64,000 nt of DNA from Chlorokybus atmophyticus (lineage: Eukaryota; Plantae; Mesostigma and Chlorokybus algae): assembly GCA_009103225.1 (NCBI GenBank), contig RHPI01000026.1:491210-555209 (forward strand), written 5' to 3'. Within the stretch, counting starts at the first letter, position 1, and every line of letters starts with the position of its first letter. Below are positions 30,210 through 43,381 of this stretch, piece after piece. Position numbers and translations under genes: made by a program. The notes under the pieces are model-generated. The model was not told the origin of the DNA and did not search any database. It saw only the letters and a program-made list of their open reading frames with translations.

Positions 30210-32664
30210 TCACGACGCCGGCCATGGCTCTGGCTGCAACATGCCCCCCGGCTGCATGCGCCAGGCCTGGTCTACCAGCGGGGTCAGCTCGCGCAGGTCG
30301 TGGGACACGACCAGCACCGTGCAGTGGCTCTTTAGAGCCATCAGCAGCTGCACGACCTCTTTTCGCACGCGCCAGTCGAGTCCTGCAATGCCGCATCCAG
30401 CCATTAATGCAACGAGATAAATACATGCCACACATGCGCACTGTACAATTATGTAGCATTTGATCACGAACGTGCATGCATGTACGATATGCAATCGTTG
30501 CACAGGTATATGCATGTTTACAAAACAGATATCTCATGAAAAAATGGTCGTACACGTTGTGGTGGTAATCCTAGTAGCACAAGTTCCAGTGCAACCAGGC
30601 TTGCAAGGATGATAGGCCCGCACCTGCCAGGGGCTCATCGAGGAGGAGTATGCTCGGCCCTCTCACGAGTTGAACGGCGAGCGCCAGCCGCCGCTTGTAG
30701 CCGTCGCTAAGAGCGCGGGGGCTGGTGTCAAAAGCCAAATTTTGCAGGCCTGTCGCCTCCGCAGCCGCCTGCACAACATTGCAGCACACATTTGTAAGGG
30801 TGTGCGCTCGTGTATACATACATACTGGTGCTGGTGCACATGTATGCGTGAGTGCGTGCACATGTATGTACATGTTTATATGTGCATGGGTGTGAGCGCA
30901 GGTGTGTGCACACGCGTGCGTGTGCACGCACCAGCTGCCTGTGCGCTCATGCATGTTTGTGTGTATGTGTACCTGCAATTTAGCGATGACAGGAGGCTGG
31001 GTAATGACCGTTCTGGGCGACACCGGCCACAGCAGTTCCTCTATCAACGTGTTGCACAGGAAGTGGCGCTCCGGAAACTGCCGCCAAAATCAAGCAAGCA
31101 CTGTTTCAGCTTGGGGCAGCAGTCTGCAAAACAGAGACGCACATGCCATGTTGGCAGCAAAACAGCAAACAAAGAGAGTTGATTAAAGCAACCATTTGGA
31201 CGGCATATGTCACAAGCATGAGAAAACACAACGCCTGCACGTGCGCCCAGCTTGATCATATCTGCAGTCCAATCAACCAGAGCTTGACAGAAACTCAATC
31301 AGGGCATACAACTCACAGCCATACGCGTTGTTATGGACGCATGCAACCCACACACACCCACACACGCATGCGCACGCATGTACACTGGCATGCGGCGCGC
31401 GCACACGCACATGCAACTGCATGTTTGCACACTTGTGCATGCAAACCAACGCATGCGTGCATACTTGCATGTCAACCCACCTGAAAGACAAGGCCGACAT
31501 GGGTTTGCAGCGCTTTGGTGTCGGCGGGGCGGCCCTCCAGCAGAACCTGGCCGGCGGTGGGAGAGGTCAGACCGGCCAGCAGCTGCAACAGCGTCGACTT
31601 GCCCGAACCTGACCGACCGACAATCAACCCGAGCTGACCGCGCTGCAGCTGCAAGCTCACCTGCACAGTGGTGAAGCTCAAATTGTGTGTTTCATTGTGG
31701 GTTGACTGTAGTTGTTGACTTCGTTCGGTATGTTTATATCTTGTCGTTCATTGGGCAACGAGACCAGTCAAAGTAGTGATGTAACAAAACTCACATCAAG
31801 CAAGCACTTACAAAGATGAAAGATGGTCAAACAAGACAAGCGATATACACAGTGTACTGTATAGGACACATCATCACGTAACTGGTATACTCACCACACA
31901 CAAGCAGCATGCCAGCCAAGTGACAAATTGTGAACGTTATGCAACTGACTGAGTTTGTGAAAGATAAAACAAAGCACTACTGCAGTTATGAACGCTAAAA
32001 ACCAACTAGGTCACATGCACACACTCACTTTTTGCAGTATAGGTGCGGCGGATCCCGCAGGCTGGAAGCTCAAGTCTCGCGCATCCAGCAGCGGGGGCGC
32101 TGCTTGCTGCCTGTCACCCTCGTGCTGCTGCTGGTCTCTCCGCCTGTCTGGTATGGTCTGCTCATCAGGCCGGACCGCAGCTCCAGCAGCCAAAACCCGC
32201 AACCTGGAAATAAAAGCTAGAACACTAAGTCCTCTATAAAAGGACAGTCATTCCTCTGTGCACATGTTGCTGCAGTACTTGTGGTTGTCGATGTGAAACA
32301 CACATGATGATGACAAACTCTGTCTGTCCAGCATGAGGCAACGGAAGCATGCAACGCACACAGTAATGAGTGTAGTATGCCCGCATGCCACTAATCTTTG
32401 CTCTGTACGCAAAGACCAGTTGCATGTAAGCACGAGCCTACCCCACTATACCAGCAGTGTCCGCACGCACACGCACCTTGCCTTGGAAGGCGGTCTACCA
32501 GGCCAACCGCAGTGCTGCCACTGCCTGCCTGCACCTCCCCCACCTCCCAACTGCACCCTTCCAAACCTCGCCGACAACGACGAGGGAGCTGACATCGACG
32601 AGGACGACGATAAGCAGGACACCACCATACTCACCGCCGTCGTCCCCACCGCCGTCGCCGCCAT
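30210..32664 (-). CDS. ABCI11: Plastid soluble ABC ATPase ABCI11/NAP14-like, with transit peptide
   Basis: Walker [11 protein letters not shown]-loop VGLVFQ|FPERHF, signature [15 protein letters not shown], Walker [10 protein letters not shown]|LDW, H-loop [11 protein letters not shown]. The N-terminus is S/A/R-rich like a transit peptide. Confidence 0.88.
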
Positions 32665-32818
32665 GCTGCAGCAGCTACTTGCAGCCACACTTGAGTTAAG
32701 TTGAGGCGAAGCTTAGGGTAGACCTTGGCGTTCAAGCCAGCGGCGGCGGCGGCGGCGGCGGTGGTGGAGAAGGAGGGGTTGGAGGTGGCAAACGAGGGAA
32801 CACTTACTGCTTGGCAGC

Positions 32819-35800
32819 ATGGTGGAGGACGCTGCAGCTACCGCCGCCATGGCGGCGGTGTCCATCTCCAAGGACAGGGCGGACATGAAGGACAAGGACT
32901 GTGCGCACCGCATCAAGATGTTTGAGGCGCTGCAGGTGGGTGCTTAAAGCATGTTGAGGGAGCGTGTTGCGTTTAGAAGCTAATCAGGGTTTTGTACATA
33001 CATTGGCGTTCGGCTGCACCTCATTCTGAAATGCCTGAAGCCCAATGCTTTCCTCGCTCACAATGCCGTAGACAATGCCAACGTCTCGAGAGAAACACAA
33101 CATTGATCCTGACGTATGCATGCAATCCAGCTACCTAGCTTAGCTCACTGGCATTATCTCAAGCATGAACTTGCTACATTGTGCTCTTGCCTATGTTGCA
33201 ATGCACCAGAACCATTATCATCAGCTGGTAACAGTTGCGCTAGGCAAGCACTGTCATTGCACCGATTGTGTATATCTTCAACAGCAGTTGTCAACCGTTC
33301 AACTGTTTGCATTGCATTGCAATTCCTCTTTTTCTCCTTCAGATCGAGCAGGCAGCGCAAAGGGAGGCCAAGGGCGGCGCATTGATAAAGATCACAATGC
33401 CGGACGGGTCGGTGCGTGAGGGCAAGGCGTGGCTGACTTCGCCAATGGACATTGCACGCGAGATCAGTCAGGGCCTTGCGAACAACGCCCTCATCGCACG
33501 CGTGGACGACACCCTCTGGGACATGGCGCGGCCACTTGAAAAAGTGTGTATGTGTGTGGTGTTGTTAACTCACGTTGCGCCTGTCGTGCGCATGCAAGCA
33601 GTGCGCGGTATGGTTTTCCGTGATGGGAATGTGCTTGTGTGCATGCATGAGGATGGGAGTTTGAGTTGGTGCATGTTTGCATTGACAACTGTGTGAGTCT
33701 ATATGTAATCATACGTATGAACACGCGTTCAAGCATGAATATGTGTACACGCCCCCAGCTAATTGCGTACATACACGTAGGTGTATGTACATATGCACGT
33801 TTTGAGGGGGTGCTCGAAGGCGCACAAGTACACACACTGTAACTTCACACACAGATGTTTGGTTACGGTCGTCAATCAACATGCGTCATGCAGTCAGTAC
33901 GGTAGCTGAAGGAATGGCGGTTTGCAGTACAGGTTGTTGGTCTTGTTCAAACACAGTTGCCCTTCGCAGGATTGTCACCTCAAGATCTTCAACTTCGACG
34001 CAGATGAAGGCCGCGACACTTTTTGGCATAGCTCCGCTCACATCCTTGGTATGGCTTTTTGGCTTTAGTATTCAACATGTTAATACACACTTGCATACTA
34101 TCTGGGTGGCTATCTGATGAGCGCATGTCCATAGGTGAGGCTCTTGAACGAGAGTACAAGTGTGACTTGTGCATCGGCCCATGCACAACGCGTGGGGAAG
34201 GTTTCTACTATGATGCCTATTATGATGGCATGTCTATGAGCGAAAACAACTACGCTGCAATTGAGAAACAGATATCAGCAGTTGTCAAAGTAAGACCATC
34301 ATATGATGAGCAGGCCACGTGTCGAAACTTTGTGTTGGTGTGTGCGGTATGTATGTAACAAGCAATAATGTGGTGTGCGACAACAGGAAAAGCAGAGTTT
34401 TGAGCGCATAGAAGTGACCCGCGAACAGGCGAAAGAGATGTTCCAGTTCAATCCGTTCAAAGTTGAGATCATCAATGAGTTGCCGGAAGCCGCCACCATC
34501 ACGGTTTACCGCTGCGGCACCCTTGTTGACTTGTGCCGAGGGCCGCATATCCCGAACACTGCGCTGGTGAAAGCTTTTGCTTGCCAAAAGGTGAGCCTTG
34601 TTGGAATCGAATCTCCAGTTTAATCGACTGTCTATTGTTGGACAAACTCGCAAACAACAGCAAGCATTGGTCATACCAGTTAAAAGCATTGGCAGACAAC
34701 GCTCAACGGGTATAAAGCTCCTGATGTCCACGAAGTCAGCAACCCAAAGCAGTTTTAGAAGCAAAGTCGGTTGCCTGTGTTGATTGGAATGTTCTGCAAA
34801 CTGGCACTGGTTGTGTGATACTGATAATGGTAGCTGTACACTAGAGGTTGTTTTGCCACACTTTGCAACATACAGGTGTCTGCGAGCTACTGGCGCGGCA
34901 AAGCCGATCGTGAGACGTTGCAGCGGGTGTACGGCATCTCCTTTCCCGACTCCAAAAAGCTCAAAGAGTACTTGGCCATGCTTGAAGAAGCGAAGAAGCG
35001 CGACCATAGAGTGCTTGGCACAGCACAGGAACTGTTCTTCTTCCATCCTCTCAGGTAACTGACTAGTATCTGAGTGTTATTAATCTGCCACAGAGCCTTG
35101 ATGTTGCGTGTTGGTATGAAACATGTCAGTAGTTTGATAATACCTGGCAACATAGTTGATTGCTGTTGTTGACACAGCCCAGGGAGTTGCTTCTTCTTAC
35201 CGCATGGTGCTCGCATCTACACCAAGTTGGTGGAGTTCATCAAGCAGGAGTACTGGAAGCGCGGGTACACCGAAGTGGTCAGCCCGAACGTGTACAACAT
35301 GAAGCTGTGGGAAATTTCCGGACACGCCGCCAACTACAAGGAGAACATGTTCTGTTTTGACGTTGAGGGCCAGGTAAGGAGTGGTACATTGTTACTGTTT
35401 TGCGAGTGTGCTTGCCTCTCGATATGTTGACTCATTGTTGTTTTGCAGGAGTTTGGCCTCAAACCCATGAACTGTCCCGGACACTGCCTCATGTTTGATC
35501 ACCGAGTCAGGTCGTATCGCGAGTTGCCCATTCGATTTGCCGACTTTGGTGTCTTGCATAGAAACGAGCTGTCCGGCGCGCTCACTGGCCTGACTCGTGT
35601 CAGGCGGTTCCAACAGGTGTGTGGTGTTGTGCACATGTTGTGTTACCAATGGTTGTCTCATGGGTGCCTGCGCATAGGACGATGCCCACATATTCTGCGC
35701 CGAGTCGCAAATCAAGCAAGAAGTGGTCGGCGTGCTGGACTTCCTCCTCAATGCGTACAACATCTTTGGCTTCACTTTTGAGCTGGAGCTGTCCACGGTG

Positions 35801-36924
35801 CGTTTCACGCAGTCTTGCACTCTCAGCTTGCCATATTACTGCCGCGAATACCACATCTACATCAGAGTGTTTCAAAAACTTTGCCTCAGTTTCTGTTTCT
35901 ATACAGCGGCCAGAGAAGTATCTTGGGGAGTTGGCGGTGTGGGAGCGTGCGGAGAAGGCGCTGGCCGAGGCTCTGACTGAGTTTGGCCGCAAGTGGGAGA
36001 TAAACGAGGGTGATGGCGCCTTTTACGGACCGAAGATCGACATCACCGTCTTTGATGCCCTCAAGCGCAAGTTCCAGTGCGCCACAATCCAGGTACATGT
36101 GCGCATGCGCGTGCGTGTTTGCTTGTGCTATCCCATCTTAGAAGTATCAAACTGCTCCCTGGTTCACTTCTCACCATCTTGTTAACACGCTTTTCCAGTT
36201 GGACTTCCAGCTGCCAATCCGATTCAACCTGCAATACACTTCAGAAGACGAGACTGGCAAACGAGACAGGCCGGTCATCATTCACCGCGCTATCCTTGGC
36301 TCCGTTGAGCGCATGCTCGCTATCCTCACCGAACATTACGCTGGCAAGTGGCCTTTCTGGCTGTCTCCTCGGCAGGCGATTGTTTGCCCTGTGTCGGATA
36401 AGTTCCAGGTGAGTGCCTTTTTTATGAGGTTGCATTGTGTTGTCCATACTGGATTATGTTATTACTAGCGTTGACTCCCTCTCTGTTGACTTGCAGGCTT
36501 ATGCGGAAAAGGTGAAGGACCAAGTGTACGCTGCCGGCTTCCATGTAGACGTGGACTCATCCGACCGCAAGCTCCAGAAGAAGATTAGGGAGGCCCAGCT
36601 GGCGCAATATAACTACATTCTCGTTGTTGGGCAAGACGAGCAAGACAATGGCACAGTAAGTGCGCTCGTTGACACATGCGCCAAGGCAATTGTGTTAAGC
36701 AATGCCACATCACTAGCCGCGTTGCACCGGCTCCAATCAGCACTTGCACCTGTCCTATGTTCATCAGTAGGTGTTGTGTATGTACACATCTTTAACGAGT
36801 GATATATATGGGGAGGATGTTGTTGCAGGTGAACATCCGGACGCGTGACAATGTAGTGCACGGCACGCGCACCATTGACGAGCTGCTTTCGGAGCTGAGG
36901 CAGCAGGCTGCTGACTATAAGTGA
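32819..36924 (+). CDS. ThrRS: Cytosolic threonyl-tRNA synthetase, multi-exon
   Basis: TGS domain [11 protein letters not shown]...; [14 protein letters not shown]; DLCRGPHIP; [10 protein letters not shown]...KKRDHRVLG; [10 protein letters not shown]; [20 protein letters not shown]|DDAH; [12 protein letters not shown]; [13 protein letters not shown]; QYNYILVVG. Confidence 0.97.
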
Positions 36925-37938
36925 CGATGAGCAAGTTGGTGTAGTGGTATTTCTGCAATTGACAACTTCCCTGGCATTGATTGCATTGACGCTGCAATCA
37001 AAGTTGCAAAGCGAATGTGCTGCACATTTCAGCATTTAAGTGCACCGCCTGTGTGCGAGTGCTGCTTTTGCATTGCTTTCGGGACAACAATCCACATTGT
37101 GGCTCACAAACAAGACTCCTATTGCTTGCAGCCCGATAGGTAACGGCTTGTTGACGACGCAGGCCTCTGGCAACACTATTGCCTAGTGGTTGTATCCGCA
37201 GCATTTGGGTGCACCGTTAGTCTGCAGCAACAATGCGCATGCCGTCTGTACCGTGAGCAAATGCACAGTGCGGATGATCTTCAAGACAGAAGAGCACTGC
37301 TCAACTCAAACGTCTGTATGCATGGCTGTAAGGTGACGTGTGCAGCTCACGCAGCACATGAAGCCCTATGCTGCGCACATTGAAAGTTCGCATCATTCTG
37401 GGCTTTGTGCAGGCGGCTGATGGCCCGCAGCAACCAAATCCATGATATAGGCATTCCAATGATGGAGAGCCAGGTGTACCACACCTCGCACGAAACTTTA
37501 TGTGGCGCATTGCGCAGCAGTGCTGGCATCACACAAGCTCCATATGTCTGGCCGCTTACCATGCTGCAACATCCAAAACATTCAGAAAGCTTCTCATCAT
37601 CCAAGCAAGTACTGTGTCGTATGAAGACACCTGAACAGCTTTGTTTACAAAACATCAACTGTGGTATGTGGTGTCACACTAGTGGTAATCTCGAGTACAT
37701 TCACAATGTCACTATCGCAGTAAAGTAAGCGCGCCACAATCATTGGCTCATAGCGCTATACTCACCAACCCGCCTTCTGTGCCAACAGGGCACAAACCAA
37801 CCTAACTGGTAGTAAGGCTCACTGAGCTGTGCAGCGCAGCAGAGCTTAGGCTGCACTGATGTTTTACAATGTAAGAAACTTGCAAGGCATGCTGCAATGA
37901 ATGCTGCAGCGATGGGCATTTGAGCATACCAAAGCGTC

Positions 37939-39022
37939 TCATTGCATCGTATGCGGCTCTCTGCCGTAGTCCTGCACGACCGTAATCTGCAAAGCCGAAT
38001 GCAGCACATCAAACGATAAACTCATGCATGCACTGCAGACATTGTGAGTGTAATGCGAGCTGACCTCAGGAGGCACAGGTAGGTTGCGCTTGTATTTCGA
38101 ACCTCCGGGAAATACGGGAACTGCGAAAGAAGAAACAAGATGCATCATTCAACTAATTCAACTGTATAAACACCTTATGCAACACAACCAGCCAGCGCGT
38201 ATGACGATTGACGCATGGTAAAGGAAATGCGTGCTTCAGCTGTTTATGATACGCCTTTGTCAAGTTGCCGCATGCGCAAACTTAATGCAGACATGTTGCA
38301 ATAAGCTTGCACATGCGCAGCATGTTCACAAGAATGCTCACCAATGTAACGATCAGGATGGTGGAGCTCACGAGCGCGCGTCTCGCCCTCTTCTAGAAGC
38401 CTCAAAGCCTGCGTTGGACAGCGGATCACCAACTACTTCACCGTTGCGTCTTTGATTGACTGAATTGTTTGAGCATTATTCTGTAAATGTGTGCTGACTA
38501 TAAAGTGTTTGGAAGCTACTGCAGCATTGCAGCCAGGAACGTGTACTACTGTCAACACGCATCAATGCAAAAGGGGAAGGTGCTTTCTGCGATACTTGGG
38601 CATGCATGTCTCACACGAACAAATGATAACCAGCATGCCTGGTATGCTGGGCTATGGGCATAACCCACAGCCAGCATCCACCCTTCATGCAAGACACACA
38701 GGAGAGGCAATGCAGCACACAGGACAAGCAATGCGCATTTGCAAAGACCAATCAACAAGCACACAGACATGCAAACAACATTCGCAGTTCGCATTTGACT
38801 GCAGTACATGCAGTGCTTGAGGTACATCACCTCAGCGTAAGATACGTTGCGGTTGGCCTCAAACTGCCGTCTGACGTTGGCGTGCTCCACGTAGAACACG
38901 TCCCGCTCCACACCCCAGTCGGTCACCAGCTTCAGCGCTCGCCTGTACAAGTGCATCACGCGCGTCCTGTGCGAACGCACTGCCGGCCCCACCGCCAGCG
39001 CCATCGCCGCCCCCGCCACCAT
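37939..39022 (-). CDS. NDUFB9: Mitochondrial complex I subunit B22 (LYR motif), 4 exons
   Basis: RVMHLYRRALKLVTDW...RRQFEANRN...|ALRLLEEGETRARELHHPDRYI|VPVFPGGSKYKRNLPVPPE|ITVVQDYGREPHTMQ*. LYR motif plus the HPDxY and PGGSK motifs of B22. Confidence 0.9.
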
Positions 39023-39026
39023 CGCC

Positions 39027-39071
39027 GCTGCCACGTGGCAGCCGATTAGGGTTTGCACCAAAACCCTAATC
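39027..39071. promoter_or_regulatory. 16-bp perfect palindrome with G-box plus inverted telo-box pair
   Basis: GCTGCCACGTGGCAGC (39027-39042, CACGTG core), then GATTAGGGTTT gcacca AAACCCTAATC (39044-39071). Confidence 0.6.
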
Positions 39072-39196
39072 TCAACCCGAAACAGCCAAGCCTGGTGTTA
39101 ATCTGGATCATTTCAACAAGGTTCAGTTTGGCTGAAAGAATTGCGCAAAGGTTTGCTGTAAGCATTGAGCTTAGGCGCTTAGCGGCGGCGGGCGGG

Positions 39197-41992
39197 ATGG
39201 CGTCGTGGGTGGGGTTGGGGCCGTCGTTGCCGATGTTTCTGTCATTGCCGGTGGCATGCGCTTCTCGTGCAGCTTTCAGTTCCTTGGCTACGACGGCAGT
39301 GGCGCCGTCTCTCAATGGAAGCCAGCGGCGTGGCCTCCGCAGCAGCAGCGTTTGCATGCCGCAGCGGCGGTGGCTTCCTGATCAGGCCAGCGCAGTGAGG
39401 GTCTCCTCGAGAAAGGGACGCTCTGGGGTGGTCGCCAATTCGCTTGGAGACGCGCTGACGGCACCCCCCATTGATGGCGACATCAAGGTTCGGTCCGTGC
39501 ATGCTTGAGCCTTCTACAATGCAGCATTGTAGAAGCTTGCAGCATTCAACTAGTGCTAAAAAGAAGCATAAACTTGGTCCATGGGTAGAACGGACAGTCA
39601 CAATGTGTCCTGTAATAAAACTGCTGTGCAATGCGACGCTCCAGTGCATGCACTACCCCTGCAGTTTTTTTCCCAAGCAGACAGACACTATTGCATTCAT
39701 TCCTCACCCATAACGTTGTCACTGTGAATATTGTTGAGCGTGTGCACGTATGCGTGCGTGGGTGTGTGCGAAGTAGTGCTTGAACCTTGTGTGGTTGCTT
39801 CTGCTGATATTATTAGGAGCTGCAAGAGGTTGCGGGTGCCGTATTTGGGGATGATGACATTGTCGAGACTTACGGCAACGACTCGGCAGCGCTTGAAGCC
39901 ATGCGCAATGGACTAGCGGTGCGAATCTTGTAGCCAACTGTTTGCAAGTGCTTGGCTAATTGGTACTCTCCCTCTTCTATCTCATTGACTGACTGTTGGT
40001 TGTTGCCCAGATTTCTGACCAATCGCATTTTGGGCGAATACGGGGTGAGCTTGATTGGTAGTATGCTGTGTTCTGATCAGTAATAATGTCAATGCAATGT
40101 TGCGTCGGTACTCGTGTGTGGTTGGCTGCATGACGCTCGTGAAGGTGGTGCATGTAGTTGCTGATGCGGACCGCATTCGCTTTTTGCACAACCAAAGCAC
40201 GGCGGACTTCAATCGACTCAAGCCTGGTGAGGTGAGAACATGCATCTGTATGTTGGGTTGTGGGTGATCTGCATCTTGCTTGCTGAGCTGGAACACTTCG
40301 CCGCACACCAACGTCATGAGTTCTTTGCAGGGATGTGAAACGGTCTTCGTGACACCCACAGCGCGCACAATAGACCTTGCAAGGGCCTTTGTCCAGGTAT
40401 ACTCTAGATACTGAACTCTAGATACTGAACATGCAACTAGCTCACCAGTCTTGATGATGATGATGTTGTTGTTGTTGTATTTATCTCATGCATGACATTG
40501 TGGTTGGCAGGCAAACTCAGTCTTGCTGGTGGTTTCTCCTGACATGCGACACCAGCTGCTGCCAATGCTAGACAAGTAAGTCGGCGGTTGTTGTCAAAGC
40601 TGTTATGTTGCAATGTGGCAATCTGCCTGACGCACTCGAAAATGACCACACAACAGGTACTTATTCTTTGCGGACAAGGTCAAGTTGCAGGATGTCACCG
40701 AGCAATGCAGCATGCTTGTCCTATATGGTCCCGGGAGCCATGAGGTAGGTGCTGCTGCCCTGTGGCTTGTGCGCATGGGGTGTATGCTTGTGCGCGTGTG
40801 CACACAGGCACGCACATGTACACATGCGCCCGTGGCATGGTGTTGGTGTGCATGCATGTGTGTGCGCGTATACACATGTTGCATTGTGTCCTCATCCCCT
40901 TGGGGTGTCGAGACAGGTCATTACACAGTTACAAGCAGGCGACATGGTCGGGCAACCGAAACACTCGCATCGCCTGTACAATGTAAGCACATAGAGTATT
41001 GTTTGCAAATGCAGGGATGGAGTCGTCAGTCAATGTAAGCTTGAGAGTACACATGTTGTGCGTGCAGGTGAACGGGAGCCCTGTAGTGGTGGCAGTAGGC
41101 ACGGGACTGGCAACAGAGGGATACACGCTTGTAGTTGACACCGCAGTCGTTGCGGACTTGTGGGCCACCCTCGCAGGCTTCGGCGCTGTGCCGATGGGAA
41201 GAAGAGCTTGGACGCATGCAAGAGTGCTCGAAGGTCAGTGCTTTCCTGACAGAGAAACAGACAGTGGCGCTGAACCGTCTACCAGTGTCGATCAACTTGA
41301 TGCTTTGCATGAATTGGTACCTGATTTATTCTTGCACTGTGTGGACAGGTAGACCAGTGCCTGGTGCCGAGTTGACGGATGAGTTCAACCCTCTGGAAGC
41401 TGGGCTATGGCATACAATATCAACTGACAAGGGTACAAGTTCAATCGCGCATGTTGTTGGCATGCTAGCCAAATTTAATTAGCTGTCTTTTAATCTATGC
41501 GCTTGGTGTAGGTTGCTATATTGGCCAGGAGACCATTGCACGGTTGATAACTTACAGCGGCACCAAGCAGTACCTCTGGGGCGTGGAGCTTGAGAGCCCG
41601 GTCGAGGCTGGCACGCTCATAACCGTTGATGGCGAGAAGGTACCCATGATGTAACTTTGACTCACGGTTACAGCACGCTATGTCCCGGTTACACCTATGT
41701 GTGTGTTTTTATGCACGCGCGTCTGCGTGCATGAAAACACGTGTGACTGGATGGTGCACGCGTGCATGCGTGCCCGCAGGCTGCATGCGCGCGTGCGCGT
41801 GCGCGCGTGCATGACGTAGCCTTCATGCAGGCTGGCAAGATTACCAGCTGCATAACGCTGGACGACGGTGTTCATCGCGGTTTGGCCTACGTTCGTACAA
41901 AGGTCGGGGGCAGCGGCCTGCAGGTCGATGCTGCGGGAGTCAAGGGCGTCACTGTTGATGTACCGTATGTGACCAGAACGCTGCCCGCTTAG
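39197..41992 (+). CDS. Plastid YgfZ/GcvT-like folate-binding protein (COG0354, Fe-S maturation), about 12 exons
   Basis: Transit peptide, then ETYGND; SHFGRIR; RFLHNQSTADF; ETVFVTPTARTID; YLFFADKV; EFNPLEAGLWHTISTDKG|CYIGQETIARL (KGCY/F-x-GQE signature). Confidence 0.92.
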
Positions 41993-42352
41993 AATGCACT
42001 AACAGCCAGCTGACAGGACGCAGAAATGCTTATGTACTACTACCACTACTATCAAGTACCATTGCAAAGCGGCTGCTGCCGTGTAGATGTGTAGGCATGC
42101 TGGCGTGCGTGCGAGTTTACTGGTGCAGTGTGATAGGCATGGCTGACAGTTCGTAGCTTTGTATGACGATGTTGCTGTACTAGTAAACCCACCATTGCAA
42201 AGTGTTGGTATGCGCTGAGACAGTCACGCATGGCGAGTGAGGGAAGGCACTGGGATGTTGGTAGACACAGTGTTGAACCAGGTTGACCATGAACCGCAGC
42301 TTTGGGACTGCGTTGGGACTGCGTTTCAAAGAAACCTGACCTCATTTTGAGC

Positions 42353-42464
42353 AAAAGGACGACGAGGGTTTGCCAGGCCCCGGTGGGATTCGAATCAAGA
42401 ATGTTCGGATCATCCTCACGATACCATGTTGTAATAGTCGCTGACCACTAGGCCACCAAAGGGC
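42353..42464 (-). pseudogene. Degenerate tRNA-like Pol III element (tRNA pseudogene or SINE head)
   Basis: Minus strand has an A-box TGGCCTAGTGG (42445-42455), a B-box-like GATTCGAATCC (42386-42396), partial acceptor pairing CTTTGGT/ACCGGGG and TTTT at 42353-42356. D, anticodon and T stems do not fold cleanly. Confidence 0.45.
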
Positions 42465-43381
42465 AGAATGTTCAATTGTAGCTTTCGGTTTCTTATATCC
42501 ACAGCATCATCTTTCATAAACCTTACATATGCACTATCAACAACAAGATTCATGATAATATCGAACCATTTCAGTGCTTCGCTGAATAGCATAGTGTAAC
42601 TTACTTGTATTCTGTTACTCACCCTTAGTAATTAATCGTTAATCGCGTTGTACTCACATATTTGCATACCACCTTCACGAGTGAGTCCGTGACTACCGGT
42701 ATGCTGGCTAATTTGGTGAAACAACGTTGCATTAAAGTTTACGTTGTTGTTGGCAGCGCCCTGGCTCCGAGGCAGGGCTCAACGTAGAGCGTACGACATC
42801 ATCATCATCATAACTCTTAGACAAGGTGGGGCTAATGCATGGGAGGGGGCATGCTGCATGGGCCGGGGCTATGCATCATTCAATTGAGGCCACCCTGTCG
42901 CGCTTTCATTCATGTGGCTAACTGCAGTGTGCAACCAGGGCCGAACCGCGCGCAGTGCAGTGGATAAGCACCGAAGAAGCGCCCCTCTGTCTGATTTCTG
43001 ACGTAATAGAGCCTGCAGCAGCAGCGTTGGCGCTTCCTTGCTGCCTTTTTCGCTAGCAGAGAAGTTGTGTGCGTACATATTGTTGAACCCAGACAGGCGG
43101 TGGGTGTTCGTGTGCATGTCGTCTATCTTGACACACAACGACTCGTATAAACTCAAGTCAAGTTCGTCTCTATCTGCTGCTGCTGCTGGCGAGGCGGCTG
43201 CAAGCAGCAGCTAAGCAGCCTGCTTTTCTGAGCAGCCAGCAGCAGCCTTAGTGCTAGGCTAGCAGCAAGCTGTGCATGTGTAGGCTAGCAGCCCCTGAGT
43301 GGTGGTGCTCTTGTGTGTGTTGTTGTACCGCTGCACGGGCGTAACGGCTAGCCAGCTAGCACTCAACCACAGTGCGCTGCC

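Noticed and set aside
42416-42622. AT-rich 68-aa ORF as a possible organellar or viral insert
   Set aside because: I recognise no plastid, mitochondrial or viral protein. It is too short to support, and its tail overlaps the tRNA-like element.
42869-43212. About 114-codon minus-strand open frame upstream of the CK1-like gene
   Set aside because: No initiating ATG until mid-frame, no room for an upstream exon before the CK1 start, and no recognisable motif.
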